A stretch of DNA of 64,000 nucleotides from an uncultured Candidatus Saccharibacteria bacterium (GTDB lineage: Bacteria > Patescibacteriota > Minisyncoccia > Phycocordibacterales > JAKFXT01): contig CAZIPS010000002.1 in assembly GCA_964541455.1 (NCBI GenBank), forward strand, positions 6,326-70,325. Direction: 5' to 3'. Shown here piece by piece: positions 38,315-47,613 of this stretch; position 1 is the first letter of the stretch; each line of letters starts with the position of its first letter. The position numbers and the translations under genes are program-made. The notes under the pieces were generated by a model. That model did not search any database. It was given only the letters and a program-made list of their open reading frames with translations, and was not told the DNA's origin.

Positions 38315-40069
38315 CTATTTCAACACGGCTTTGATTCTTCTTACGCCAGCCGACACAGCTTCTTCCTTTTGAATACTAAAATTTCCTAAATCTTTGGTGT
38401 TTGTTACGTGAGGGCCGCCACAAAATTCTAAACTAAAGTCACCTATTTTATAGACACGAACCGTGTCGCCATATTTTTCTTCAAATAGACCAATTGCCCC
38501 CCTTGTTTCAGCCTCTTCTTTTGGGAGGTCTTCAAAGGTAACAGGAAGTCCAGCCTTAATCTGTTCATTTACCAACACCTCAACCGCCTTTTTTTGCTCG
38601 TCAGTCATTTTCTCAGGGTGGGCAAAGTCAAAACGAAGACGTTCTGTGGTGATATTGCTCCCCTTTTGGGCAACATGCTCGCCTAAAATTGTTTTGAGGG
38701 CCTTATGGAGTAAGTGTGTTGCCGTGTGATACTTCACAGACATTTCTGATGTATCAGCGAGTCCTCCCTTAAACTTTTTTTCAGCTCCGACTCGAGAAAG
38801 GGCTTGGTGTTTTTGCATCTCTTCCTTAAAACTTTCTTCATCAACTACCACTCCCCTTTCAGTTGCGAGCTCTTTGGTCATTTCAAAAGGAAATCCGTAA
38901 GTAGAAAAGAGTTTAAAAGCCTCTTTTCCAGTAATTTTACCTGTTGAAAGTTTTGTGAACTCTTTCATGCCTTCTGTGAGTGTTTTTCGAAAACGCTTTT
39001 CTTCTTCAAGGATTTCTTCTCTAATACTGTTACTTTGAGTTTCAAGGTTGGGATATACTTCTTTGTATTTTTGTACTACAGGTTCGACAAGGTGTGCTAT
39101 ATCCCCTTCTTTAAATTTAAGAATGTCAGCGTAGCGAATGGCGCGACGTAATAATCGACGCAAGATGTAACCCTGGTCGGTGTTACTTGGATGCACTCCG
39201 TCCGCAATAAGGAAGACACTGGTGCGAATATGGTCAGCAACAATACGAATAGCCTTAACATCATGCTCTAGTGCAAAGTCTTCAATCTTTTGGATAAGGG
39301 GTTCAAAGATATCAGTGTCGTAGGCGGTTTTTTTTCGTTGCATAACGGCAGTGATACGTTCTAGTCCCGCTCCGGTGTCTACGTTTTGTTGTGTTAGTTT
39401 TCCAACCACCTGCCCTGCTTCCTTTTTGTATTCCATGAACACGTCATTCCATATCTCAATAACATCTTCTCGTTTCATGGCGGCAAGAAAGTCTTCTTTG
39501 TTGAGGTCTCCCAGACCTTTTTCTGTCATGTCATAAAACATTTCAGTATCTGGTCCACATGGCCCATTGTCCCCTGGGCTCCACCAATTATCCTCCGCCG
39601 GAAGAAAATAAATGCGAGATTCTGGAATGCCAAGTGACTTCCAGACAGCGGGAGCCTCTTCATCTCTTGGGGCATTTTGGTCCCCCTCAAAAACGGTGAC
39701 ATACAATTTTTGTGGATTTAGACCCAACCCCTCTTCTTTTGAAGTGAGAAACTCAAAACTCCAGGTTATAGCCTCTTTTTTGAAATAATCACCAAGTGAC
39801 CAATTTCCCATCATTTCAAAAAATGAAAAATGGCGGTTGTCTCCAATGTCCTCAAGATCACCAGTGCGGACACATTTTTGGACATTAGCTAAGCGAGTGC
39901 CTTGTGGGTGTTTAGCCCCTAAAAGGTAGGGTACTAAGGGTTGCATGCCAGCTGTGTTAAAAAGGACCGAGGGGTCATTTTCCGGTACAAGGGAGGCCGA
40001 AGGCACAATGGCATGCCCTCTTTTTTCAAAGAAGGTAAGGAATCGCCTACGAATTTCGTTTGAAAGCAT
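38315..40069 (-). CDS. alaS: alanyl-tRNA synthetase, short form lacking the C-terminal C-Ala domain
   Basis: 584 aa; AlaRS N-terminal catalytic signature (RRRFLTFFEKRGHAIVPSASLVPENDPSVLFNTAGM) and editing-domain HxxxH...CxxxH (HTATHLLH ... CGGPH). Confidence 0.85.
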   Translation of the reverse strand: MLSNEIRRRFLTFFEKRGHAIVPSASLVPENDPSVLFNTAGMQPLVPYLLGAKHPQGTRLANVQKCVRTGDLEDIGDNRHFSFFEMMGNWSLGDYFKKEAITWSFEFLTSKEEGLGLNPQKLYVTVFEGDQNAPRDEEAPAVWKSLGIPESRIYFLPAEDNWWSPGDNGPCGPDTEMFYDMTEKGLGDLNKEDFLAAMKREDVIEIWNDVFMEYKKEAGQVVGKLTQQNVDTGAGLERITAVMQRKKTAYDTDIFEPLIQKIEDFALEHDVKAIRIVADHIRTSVFLIADGVHPSNTDQGYILRRLLRRAIRYADILKFKEGDIAHLVEPVVQKYKEVYPNLETQSNSIREEILEEEKRFRKTLTEGMKEFTKLSTGKITGKEAFKLFSTYGFPFEMTKELATERGVVVDEESFKEEMQKHQALSRVGAEKKFKGGLADTSEMSVKYHTATHLLHKALKTILGEHVAQKGSNITTERLRFDFAHPEKMTDEQKKAVEVLVNEQIKAGLPVTFEDLPKEEAETRGAIGLFEEKYGDTVRVYKIGDFSLEFCGGPHVTNTKDLGNFSIQKEEAVSAGVRRIKAVLK

Positions 40070-40092
40070 AATAGAAAGAGTGTACCACAGGC

Positions 40093-40656
40093 TTACTTTG
40101 GGAGAAATGTCTCCTTGGCAAGGAGTAGTACCTCTTCGTGTTTAACGACCAAGGGGTACGTTGCGCCCAGTTTTTCCCTTATAACCTCAAAGACTTCATC
40201 ATGGAACCAGGTGTATTGAGTCGGATCTTTAATTTGAATTTTTGCAGGGTTTTCAAGGGCACTTTGGAGATTGTGTATTTTGTCAGCTGAAGCAATAATT
40301 GCGGCGTCGTTTCCCGCCGCTTTTAACTTGGCTATGTAGAGCTCTTTGCGCTCCCTCCAAGAAGAGAGATGTTTGTCTTTTTTAAGAAGCTCAGTCACTG
40401 TTTCAACAAGCATTGCAACACGCTTTCCTAAATGCTCTTCGATTTTATGAAGAGGGTAATCGGTATCTTCAAGAATGTCATGAAGAAGTGCTGCGGCAAT
40501 AACTTCTTCGTCATCATGATGGCTTCCGACAAGACTTGCTACAGAGTACAAATGACTAACGTATGGGAGTGGATACTCATACGCCGCGCGATAGATACCA
40601 TCATGTGCGGCAGTAGCTATTTTTATGGCTTTTTCGATAAGAGGGGTGTAGGTCAT
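40093..40656 (-). CDS. HD-domain phosphohydrolase
   Basis: 187 aa; H...HD (AALLHDILEDT) metal-binding motif; 1-nt overlap with the upstream UDG gene. Confidence 0.7.
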   Translation of the reverse strand: MTYTPLIEKAIKIATAAHDGIYRAAYEYPLPYVSHLYSVASLVGSHHDDEEVIAAALLHDILEDTDYPLHKIEEHLGKRVAMLVETVTELLKKDKHLSSWRERKELYIAKLKAAGNDAAIIASADKIHNLQSALENPAKIQIKDPTQYTWFHDEVFEVIREKLGATYPLVVKHEEVLLLAKETFLPK

Positions 40657-41270
40657 TATGAAGCGAGGAATTCTTTGAGGACGGCAAAATCAGTTTTTAA
40701 CGTATCTTTAGTCTTATTGTTATACACGGCAACTGCTGGATGGTAAAGTGGCACAATGGTTATTTCTCCATAGTTCGTTTTTGCTTTAAATGTCTTCCCA
40801 TGTAGTTCGCTGATGGGGCCTAAGTCTTTAAAGAGACTAAACCGCTCCATAATGTACTTCATGGAATAGCGACCAAGCGTTGCTAAAACCTTGGGTTCAA
40901 TAATGTTTATTTGTCTATCAAGGAAGGGGCCATATGCAGTTATCTCCTCCGGTGTTGGGTCGCGATTAAGAGGAGGTCTATCTTTCGCTATATTGGTTAC
41001 ATACACACTTTCTCGCGGTAGGTTTATGGAGGCGAGGAGTTCATCGAGAATCTTACCGGAGGCACCACAAAAAGGTTTCCCAGTAAGTGCTTCGTTTTTT
41101 CCAGGAGCTTCACCGATAAACATAATTGAAGCATTGAGATCACCTTCCCCTATGACTGGACAGGCGTTATGTTTAGTTCGTTCAGCATAAAGTGGGGATG
41201 TTGTCAGTGCAAAAACTTCGTCTCGAAGTTCAGTCATAAGTACTTGTTTTTGCTTATTACGAGGCGCCAT
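40656..41270 (-). CDS. uracil-DNA glycosylase, family 4
   Basis: 204 aa; motif A GEAPGKNE, Fe-S Cys ligands, motif B (LYHPAV). Confidence 0.85.
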   Translation of the reverse strand: MAPRNKQKQVLMTELRDEVFALTTSPLYAERTKHNACPVIGEGDLNASIMFIGEAPGKNEALTGKPFCGASGKILDELLASINLPRESVYVTNIAKDRPPLNRDPTPEEITAYGPFLDRQINIIEPKVLATLGRYSMKYIMERFSLFKDLGPISELHGKTFKAKTNYGEITIVPLYHPAVAVYNNKTKDTLKTDFAVLKEFLAS

Positions 41271-41273
41271 TAA

Positions 41274-41305
41274 AAGTAGTATAGCAAAATATAAAACCCG
41301 TCTTC
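41274..41305 (-). terminator. intrinsic terminator of cassette 4
   Basis: AACCCGTC-TTCAC-GACGGGTT hairpin followed (minus strand) by TTTTATATTTTGC. Confidence 0.55.
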
Positions 41306-41341
41306 ACGACGGGTTCCCTGCGGGGCAGGCAGCCTTGGCGC

Positions 41342-41509
41342 TTAGCTGGCGCGGGTATGCCTTTTCTGGTAGCCACCGTGAGGGGCAGGCAGCCCCCCTG
41401 GCGGCGGGTCGCGCGCCTTTGGCGCGGGCGTGGATTCAAACAGAAATACTGGCCCAGAGAATGCTACGTTAAGTACTGTCTCGATGAGGCAGTACATGAG
41501 ATGTTTCAT
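41342..41509 (-). CDS. hypothetical small protein, GC-rich cassette 4 (55 aa, MKHLMYCLIETVLNVAFSGPVFLFESTPAPKARDPPPGGLPAPHGGYQKRHTRAS)
   Basis: Below the ORF-track size cutoff; found by hand: minus-strand ATG at 41509 lies 7 nt after AGGAGG; hydrophobic N-terminal half, Pro/Gly-rich basic C-terminus; terminator 37 nt after the stop; contains the direct repeat GGGGCAGGCAGCC twice. Confidence 0.4.
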   Translation of the reverse strand: MKHLMYCLIETVLNVAFSGPVFLFESTPAPKARDPPPGGLPAPHGGYQKRHTRAS

Positions 41510-41544
41510 GGTCGCTGCCTCCTCTTGTTTGCAAAACTAAAAAA

Positions 41545-41573
41545 ATAGTAGCAAAAAACTAGTTCTTTTACAA
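41545..41573 (-). promoter_or_regulatory. sigma70-like promoter TTGTAA-N17-TACTAT (minus strand) upstream of cassette 4
   Basis: Minus-strand TTGTAA-AAGAACTAGTTTTTTGC-TACTAT; spacer again carries AGTTTTTTG; the -35 overlaps the ogt stop codon. Confidence 0.35.
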
Positions 41574-41846
41574 CTTTATGTGCACCCCTTCGGCTTTAAG
41601 AAGCGCTCTCTTTTTTTCTGTTCCTCCACGGTTATACTCTCCTATCTTTCCATCACTTCGTATAACACGATGACACGGCACAGTGGGGTCGTAATTGTTT
41701 TTCATAATAGTTCCCACAGCCCGCGAGGCTCTGGGGTTTCCTGCTTGTTTGGCAACTTCCCCATAGCTCATAGTTTCCCCTTTTGGAATAGCACGTACCA
41801 CTTTTCTCACTCGTTCTGCAAACAGTGTTGTGGACGATGTTCGCAT
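41568..41846 (-). CDS. ogt: methylated-DNA--protein-cysteine methyltransferase (Ogt/MGMT) DNA-binding/catalytic domain
   Basis: 92 aa; active-site PCHRV and the YGEVA...G.P.A.RAVG helix-turn-helix. Confidence 0.8.
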   Translation of the reverse strand: MRTSSTTLFAERVRKVVRAIPKGETMSYGEVAKQAGNPRASRAVGTIMKNNYDPTVPCHRVIRSDGKIGEYNRGGTEKKRALLKAEGVHIKL

Positions 41847-41851
41847 ATTAA

Positions 41852-42628
41852 TTATTTTTTGCGAAGCTTTGCATCAGCTAAGGCAGCCTCTTTTCGATAA
41901 GCACAATATTGGCAGGTATCTGCTGGTTTTGGGAGAGTTTCCTCAAGGAGGCATTTTTTTATAGCAACAAGTGTTTCTGGGATCCACGAAGGATCGCCTT
42001 TATATGGAAGAAGGACGACGTCAAATTCAAGTTTTCCATCGAAAGCCTCCCTATCTTGTTTACCATTTACATACACAAAGTAGCCAGTGTCTGAAACTTT
42101 AAAACCATTTTGGCGGAAAAGCCATTGGTATACTTCCATTTGACGCTTGTAGCCGATTTGCCAGTCAGCATCAAGAGTGATTTCAGCTTCGGCATCAGCC
42201 TTACTGGTGGCCTTGTAGTCAGCGATAATAAGTTCTCCCTCGGGGTTCACCCATACATCATCAATTCCTCCACGAATAAGGAGGTTGAGTGCTTTGTCTG
42301 TGTATTTAATCCCATTTCGTAGTGCGTCCCTCCATTCATCCATACGCTCGTCTTGAAATGGGACTGCGTCTAGCCCGTAGCTCTTCAAAAGGGGGTGCTT
42401 ACTCTGGGCTTTGCGGTGAATATCGAACTCTTTTTTTAGCAAAGCGTCAACGGCATTGTTGAGAGTGAAAGGAAAAGAATCAGGCCGTCCGATGCCGAGC
42501 CTGCGATCGAGATAAAAGCAGCGAGGACACTCGAGGAATAAATCTATTTTACTTCGTGAAAGTTCAAAGGGTTCTTTGCTTTGCGGGTTAAATATTTTGT
42601 ATGTTTTGACTTTATAGAGAAATGCCAT
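41852..42628 (-). CDS. Cas4-like/RecB-family PD-(D/E)xK nuclease with a 4-Cys cluster
   Basis: 258 aa; N-terminal C-x2-C (LECPRC), central D...E.K (IIADYKATS), C-terminal C-x2-C (TCQYC): the Cas4/DUF83 arrangement; no cas genes nearby. Confidence 0.6.
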   Translation of the reverse strand: MAFLYKVKTYKIFNPQSKEPFELSRSKIDLFLECPRCFYLDRRLGIGRPDSFPFTLNNAVDALLKKEFDIHRKAQSKHPLLKSYGLDAVPFQDERMDEWRDALRNGIKYTDKALNLLIRGGIDDVWVNPEGELIIADYKATSKADAEAEITLDADWQIGYKRQMEVYQWLFRQNGFKVSDTGYFVYVNGKQDREAFDGKLEFDVVLLPYKGDPSWIPETLVAIKKCLLEETLPKPADTCQYCAYRKEAALADAKLRKK

Positions 42629-42666
42629 ATTAAAAGAAAGGAAAAGTTCAGTAGTATTCGTTTGTA

Positions 42667-43179
42667 TTATTCGGCTGCTTCTTTTCGCATTTGTTCCTCA
42701 ACTCCCCAAAGGGTCGAGAAAATAAACAATGCAAGAATAGTAGTAACGATAGCAATCGTGAAGTAACCAAAGGCAACAGCGATACCAATACCATTTGCTA
42801 CCCACAACCCTGCGGCTGTAGTTACTCCAATGATTCGGTCATTGTGGTAGATAATAATACCTCCACAAAGGAATCCTATACCCATAACAATTCCCGCCGC
42901 CATACGCATCGGGTCAAAATTGGTAAACCCAATAAATTCTTTTGTAGCTAAAAGCGAAATAAGAACTAAAAGACATGATCCAAGCGAAACAAAAGCATAG
43001 GTACGCATACCCGCCATTTTATGAGCAAGCGTACGTTCGGTACCAATAACTGCCCCTAACCCAACTGCTAAAAGCAGCTTAATGATAAGTGGGAGATTAA
43101 AAGTGAGATATAGCGCTACTGGTTCTGGAATAGTCATAGTCTTAGAGTGTATTTTGACAGAGAACTTTTCCTTCTTCAA
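42667..43179 (-). CDS. mgtC: MgtC/SapB-family membrane protein
   Basis: 170 aa; GAVIGTERTLAHKMAGMRTY motif and 4 TM helices. Confidence 0.7.
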   Translation of the reverse strand: MKKEKFSVKIHSKTMTIPEPVALYLTFNLPLIIKLLLAVGLGAVIGTERTLAHKMAGMRTYAFVSLGSCLLVLISLLATKEFIGFTNFDPMRMAAGIVMGIGFLCGGIIIYHNDRIIGVTTAAGLWVANGIGIAVAFGYFTIAIVTTILALFIFSTLWGVEEQMRKEAAE

Positions 43180-43984
43180 GTACTTTGTTCATTTTTGTGT
43201 CTGACATGCCAAGCTTCTGCATGGCTTCACGGTTTTCGTCAATTGTTTTGCAAAGCACGACACCGCTTGTAAGAAGATTAAGTTTCTCCTGTTTAGAAAG
43301 AGTCGTAAGGCAAGTAATAGGATGAATACCAGTTTGTTCAATAAGGTCTTGTAGATTTCCAAAACGAGGGTATGTCCAACTTAAGACTTTAAGCCCCTTG
43401 CAGTTCGCGTACTGTACTGCTTGTTTTGTAAATTTGGTGTTCGTGATAAGCCAACCCTCATCAATAGGGCGACCTCCACGCTCGGCGCGATACTTCTTAA
43501 TATCCTCGATACGAGAATTGACATAGAGTGCTACTTTTACATCTGACTTAATACCAAGTTGGTTGTGAAATTTTACTTCGCCTAAAATAGACTTTTGGTC
43601 ATTTTCTGCGACAAGATCTACTTCGTGCTCAACGCATGATCCTTGCAGCATCACTCCAGTCTCAACTTTAAAACCTTTCGCTTTAAAAATTTCACCAATA
43701 AAATCTTCAAAAGGAAAACCAGAAGGACCAAGCTCCATGACGGCACGTTTAAGTGAGTAACGCATAGCGGCAGGTTTCTCAATCGTACGTAAATACTCGT
43801 AAGCTTTTTTATAGATAAGTCCGGTGGGCATGCCGGGCTTGATTTCGCTTTTAATTTCTCTAGTTACAGCGTTAATTGCCTTATCTGTCGCTCCAGAACG
43901 GTGGAGTGAGTGAATAAGTTTGCTTATATCGAAAGCTTCAAGCTCACCATTTTCTTTAAGTATGAGAAGCGGTTTTTTAGACAT
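43142..43984 (-). CDS. ATP-cone domain fused to Mrr-like restriction-endonuclease-fold domain
   Basis: 280 aa; N-terminal ATP-cone (LILKENGELEAFDISKLIHSLHRSGA); C-terminal PD-(D/E)xK (EVDLVAEND...GEVKFHNQ). Confidence 0.6.
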   Translation of the reverse strand: MSKKPLLILKENGELEAFDISKLIHSLHRSGATDKAINAVTREIKSEIKPGMPTGLIYKKAYEYLRTIEKPAAMRYSLKRAVMELGPSGFPFEDFIGEIFKAKGFKVETGVMLQGSCVEHEVDLVAENDQKSILGEVKFHNQLGIKSDVKVALYVNSRIEDIKKYRAERGGRPIDEGWLITNTKFTKQAVQYANCKGLKVLSWTYPRFGNLQDLIEQTGIHPITCLTTLSKQEKLNLLTSGVVLCKTIDENREAMQKLGMSDTKMNKVLEEGKVLCQNTL

Positions 43985-44168
43985 GTTGTATAGTATACCA
44001 CCACTACTCGTGAATTTGGTCGGTTATAAAAATATAGTGCCCAAAGCCATACAACCGGCCTCGGGCACTGTCGCAGAGGTACTACATCGCTTCCATCGCT
44101 AGACGGATCTCCTCTCCTTTCTTAAAGAGTGATGGGAGTGCCACTTTAATATAAGAAAATACTTTTGT

Positions 44169-45254
44169 CTAGTGAGGTTTTGGTGTGTCAATAATGGCTC
44201 CACCAAGACATACTGTGTCTTTATAGAAAACAATTGACTGTCCAAGTGGAGCAAGAAGTGGGTCTTTAAACATTATTTCATTTTTACTAGGATAGAGCGT
44301 GGCCTCGTGGTATTCACCGTGATAGCGAATTTGGGCGGTCACAGATACACTTTCCTGTTCACGACTTCTGAACAAAAGGTTGGCTATAGTGTAACGCGAA
44401 GTACTATGTACTACTGTTTCTGGGTCATTAGAAACGGTAATAGTGTTTTGTGAAATATTTTTTTGTACAACATAATAAGGAGCATCACTGGCCGTCTTTC
44501 GGGTAATTGTAAAGCCATGTCGCTCTCCTATGGTATAAAGTAGTGCTCCTTCATGTTGGCCAATAACTTCACCTGTCTCGTTAAGCACATTCCCTTTTTT
44601 TGTTTCTATAAAATGCTTAAGGAAGCTTTTCATATCCACATTACTAATAAAGCAAAGTCCTTGGCTATCCTTTTTCTTTGCAGTCATAAGTCCAGTATTT
44701 TCTGCAATAGTGCGCACTTCTGTTTTGTGCAAACATCCAACGGGGAAAAGCACATGAGCTAAAATATCCTGACTTAGTGTCCAAAGAAAATAGCTTTGAT
44801 CTTTGCTTTTATCGGGGCTCCTATGTAGTTCATAGGTACCCGTTTTTTTGTTTAAAATACTTTGTGCATAGTGTCCGGTAGCGACATAGTCCGCACCTTC
44901 GTTTCTTGCCCAATTGTAAAACGCACCAAACTTTACTTCTTTATTGCAAAATACATCTGGATTAGGCGTTCTTCCCTTTTTGTATTCTGATAGAAGATAA
45001 TCTATAACTCCTTCTTTGTATTCTTTTTCAAGATCGAGTGTTCTAAATGGAATATTAAGTTGTGCTGCGATGCGCATGGCGTCCAGTCTGTCCTCCCTCC
45101 AGGTGCACGGCACAAAGTCTGGTTGCCATACTTTTATAAATACTCCGACAACGTGGTATCCGGCTTTCTTAAGTAGATACGCTGAAACAGAGCTATCGAC
45201 TCCACCTGATAGCCCTACGTAGACTGTTTTCCCGTTTCCCTGCTCCCTTTGCAT
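44169..45254 (-). CDS. mnmA: tRNA-specific 2-thiouridylase MnmA
   Basis: 361 aa; PP-loop SGGVDSSV; catalytic Cys residues; full MnmA fold. Confidence 0.9.
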   Translation of the reverse strand: MQREQGNGKTVYVGLSGGVDSSVSAYLLKKAGYHVVGVFIKVWQPDFVPCTWREDRLDAMRIAAQLNIPFRTLDLEKEYKEGVIDYLLSEYKKGRTPNPDVFCNKEVKFGAFYNWARNEGADYVATGHYAQSILNKKTGTYELHRSPDKSKDQSYFLWTLSQDILAHVLFPVGCLHKTEVRTIAENTGLMTAKKKDSQGLCFISNVDMKSFLKHFIETKKGNVLNETGEVIGQHEGALLYTIGERHGFTITRKTASDAPYYVVQKNISQNTITVSNDPETVVHSTSRYTIANLLFRSREQESVSVTAQIRYHGEYHEATLYPSKNEIMFKDPLLAPLGQSIVFYKDTVCLGGAIIDTPKPH

Positions 45255-45271
45255 ATGCGGGGCATATTACC

Positions 45272-46264
45272 CTATTTTGTGGCGTTGAGGTAGCGGTGTT
45301 TGTTAGCAACATGTTCTTCAAACGTAGTGGCGTAGTAAAAAGTACCTCCGCGGCTAGTGAGATAGTAAAGATACTTTGTAGGCTTAGCCGAAAGGGCAGC
45401 TCGAATTGACTCAAGGCCGGGGTTTGCAATTGGTGTTGGAGGAAGCCCCTTATATTTATAAGTGTTGTAGGGCGAAGAAGTTGCAAGGTCCACTGATGAG
45501 AGTTCGTAAGTGTTTTTGTTGAGTGCGTAATCAAGTGAAGAATCAACTTGGAGCGGCATACCAATTGCAATACGTTTCCAAAGAATACTTGCGACGTTAA
45601 CACGGTTTTCGAAGTTCTGAGCTTCTCGTTCAAGGATTGAGGCCATAATAACCACGTCACTCATACTTTTCCCAAAATTTTTGATTTCTCGATCAAGCGG
45701 TTGCTCCTTATCCTTAAATGTATCGTGCATAGTTTGTACAACCTCTTTTGCATCGGCAGACTGCAAAAAGAAATAAGTATCTGGAAATAGATACCCCTCA
45801 AAAGGAGTGCCAAGCGCAATAAACTGCTGCTCATTACACAACGGCAGGTTTTTAGCACAAAGATTAGCGAGCTCTTTAACGGTGAGCCCTTCAGGGAAGG
45901 TTACACGAATAGAAGTAAGCTCGTGGTCTCCCTTGGCAAGCCGTACACCCACCTTAAGCAAATTTTCCTTATGATTGAAAAGATACCCTCCGGCAATAAC
46001 ACCATTTTCACCAGATAGTTTAACTACAATTGCAAACAGTGTTGTCGAACGAATGATGTGCCGTGTTTTAAGAAGATTCCCCGCCGCAACAACAGTACTA
46101 TCCTTTGGGATAACAACCATATCATTTTCTGGAAAATTTGAAGGAGCCGAAAGAAATATGCCATAGAGGACAAAACTCAAAAAAAGAACAACGCAAATGA
46201 AACGAGCCACCTTTTTTGGTATGGCAAGATAAAAGCGGATGATAAGCTGCTTTGGTTTATGCAT
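45272..46264 (-). CDS. mltG: endolytic murein transglycosylase MltG (YceG family)
   Basis: 330 aa; N-terminal TM; YceG signatures (FPEGLTVKE, YNTYKYKGLPPTPIANPG). Confidence 0.8.
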   Translation of the reverse strand: MHKPKQLIIRFYLAIPKKVARFICVVLFLSFVLYGIFLSAPSNFPENDMVVIPKDSTVVAAGNLLKTRHIIRSTTLFAIVVKLSGENGVIAGGYLFNHKENLLKVGVRLAKGDHELTSIRVTFPEGLTVKELANLCAKNLPLCNEQQFIALGTPFEGYLFPDTYFFLQSADAKEVVQTMHDTFKDKEQPLDREIKNFGKSMSDVVIMASILEREAQNFENRVNVASILWKRIAIGMPLQVDSSLDYALNKNTYELSSVDLATSSPYNTYKYKGLPPTPIANPGLESIRAALSAKPTKYLYYLTSRGGTFYYATTFEEHVANKHRYLNATK

Positions 46265-46267
46265 AGA

Positions 46268-47527
46268 TTAGTGTGGGAGATTAGTTGGAGCATCTCCCTT
46301 GCGTGAGGTCACACGATTTATCATCGGTGTTTGAAGTGTTGAACCAATAGGGTGGAAAATGGTCGCTAATTCTTCAGTGTTTAGGATAAAAGTATGTTCC
46401 TTGTGTGGGTTGTAAAAGAACATACGACGTCTGTAGGCATCGACCGCATGGTGCTTAATTTTATCTTTTCTAAAATCGTTAAAATCTTGCCAAGGAAAGT
46501 CAAATGGATCTGCTACATGATCTGGCTTAAACCCATTTAAGTTGTTTGAACCATACTGGCTCATAAGTGTTAAAAGGCTTGCGATACGGCCACCGTTAAA
46601 CTTGTCTGGCTCGCCAAAATAGATGAGACGAATACCTACATCAAATGCAGGTTTTGAGGTGCTTCTTTCAATGGCAGCAAAAAGATCAGCCTCTCCTTTG
46701 GTTGGAATCCTTTCAAATTCAGTGGCATGCTCACCCGCACCTTTTTTAGTAAGTAATTTTTCACGTAATTCCTTTATTACCTCTTTACCCTCTTCTTCAA
46801 GTGTTGTCTCGCCAAACCAGGTGCCGTGTTTATGCTTTTTCTTATGAGCGGTAAACACTATTTGATACCATGCAAACTCACCCTTTTGTAAGGTGCTAAA
46901 ATATTCAAGCACATGACTGAAGGGGTCAACTTTGTACTCTTCTTTGGGGTCTTTATCTAGCCCATAGTCAACATACGTTTTGATTGGGTATGGATCGGCT
47001 TTTGTGAGGATAAAGTTATTGCTCCATACTGAAAATTTCTTTTTATTATAGTGAGGCATCATGTCGGTATAGTCCCCCACTTCATTTATTTCGATGTTTG
47101 GGTACTGTCCATAAAGTTGAGCTTCAATAAGATTCTTAAAGGAGGCGCGTGTCCAAAAGAAAAAGTGGATATTACCTTCAAAAGAAGCGATCTCAATAGA
47201 GTACCAAGGGCGCATTTTGCCCTGAATGTACTTTGCATACCAATTTCCTTCCCCCCCTGTTTGGCGGAGGTTGGTAAGCACGAGTTCCATAGCAAGCGGT
47301 GATTTGTACACTTCAGGGGGGAATTTCAACTCAAGCAGTACATACTTTTGCTTTAAAATAAATTCTGAACGAATATACTCAATCCAGACATTCCATAGTA
47401 CGAATGCAAGTGTAAGCGGAAGCCATACTGGGGCAAGTATAAAAAGATAGTGTACAAGAAGTAAAAACCAGTGACTGTAAAACACACTGAAAAGTGGTGC
47501 CCAAAAATCAGTCGAAGACATATGCAC
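46268..47527 (-). CDS. hypothetical membrane protein (2 N-terminal TM helices plus large soluble domain)
   Basis: 419 aa; no recognisable motifs. Confidence 0.4.
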   Translation of the reverse strand: MHMSSTDFWAPLFSVFYSHWFLLLVHYLFILAPVWLPLTLAFVLWNVWIEYIRSEFILKQKYVLLELKFPPEVYKSPLAMELVLTNLRQTGGEGNWYAKYIQGKMRPWYSIEIASFEGNIHFFFWTRASFKNLIEAQLYGQYPNIEINEVGDYTDMMPHYNKKKFSVWSNNFILTKADPYPIKTYVDYGLDKDPKEEYKVDPFSHVLEYFSTLQKGEFAWYQIVFTAHKKKHKHGTWFGETTLEEEGKEVIKELREKLLTKKGAGEHATEFERIPTKGEADLFAAIERSTSKPAFDVGIRLIYFGEPDKFNGGRIASLLTLMSQYGSNNLNGFKPDHVADPFDFPWQDFNDFRKDKIKHHAVDAYRRRMFFYNPHKEHTFILNTEELATIFHPIGSTLQTPMINRVTSRKGDAPTNLPH

Positions 47528-47613
47528 TATTGTATCTTAAGAATCACTAAGTTGTACATTTTGAAACACACTATGCAAACAAAAACCCCAGTGAGTAGAC
47601 TGAGGTTTTTGTG

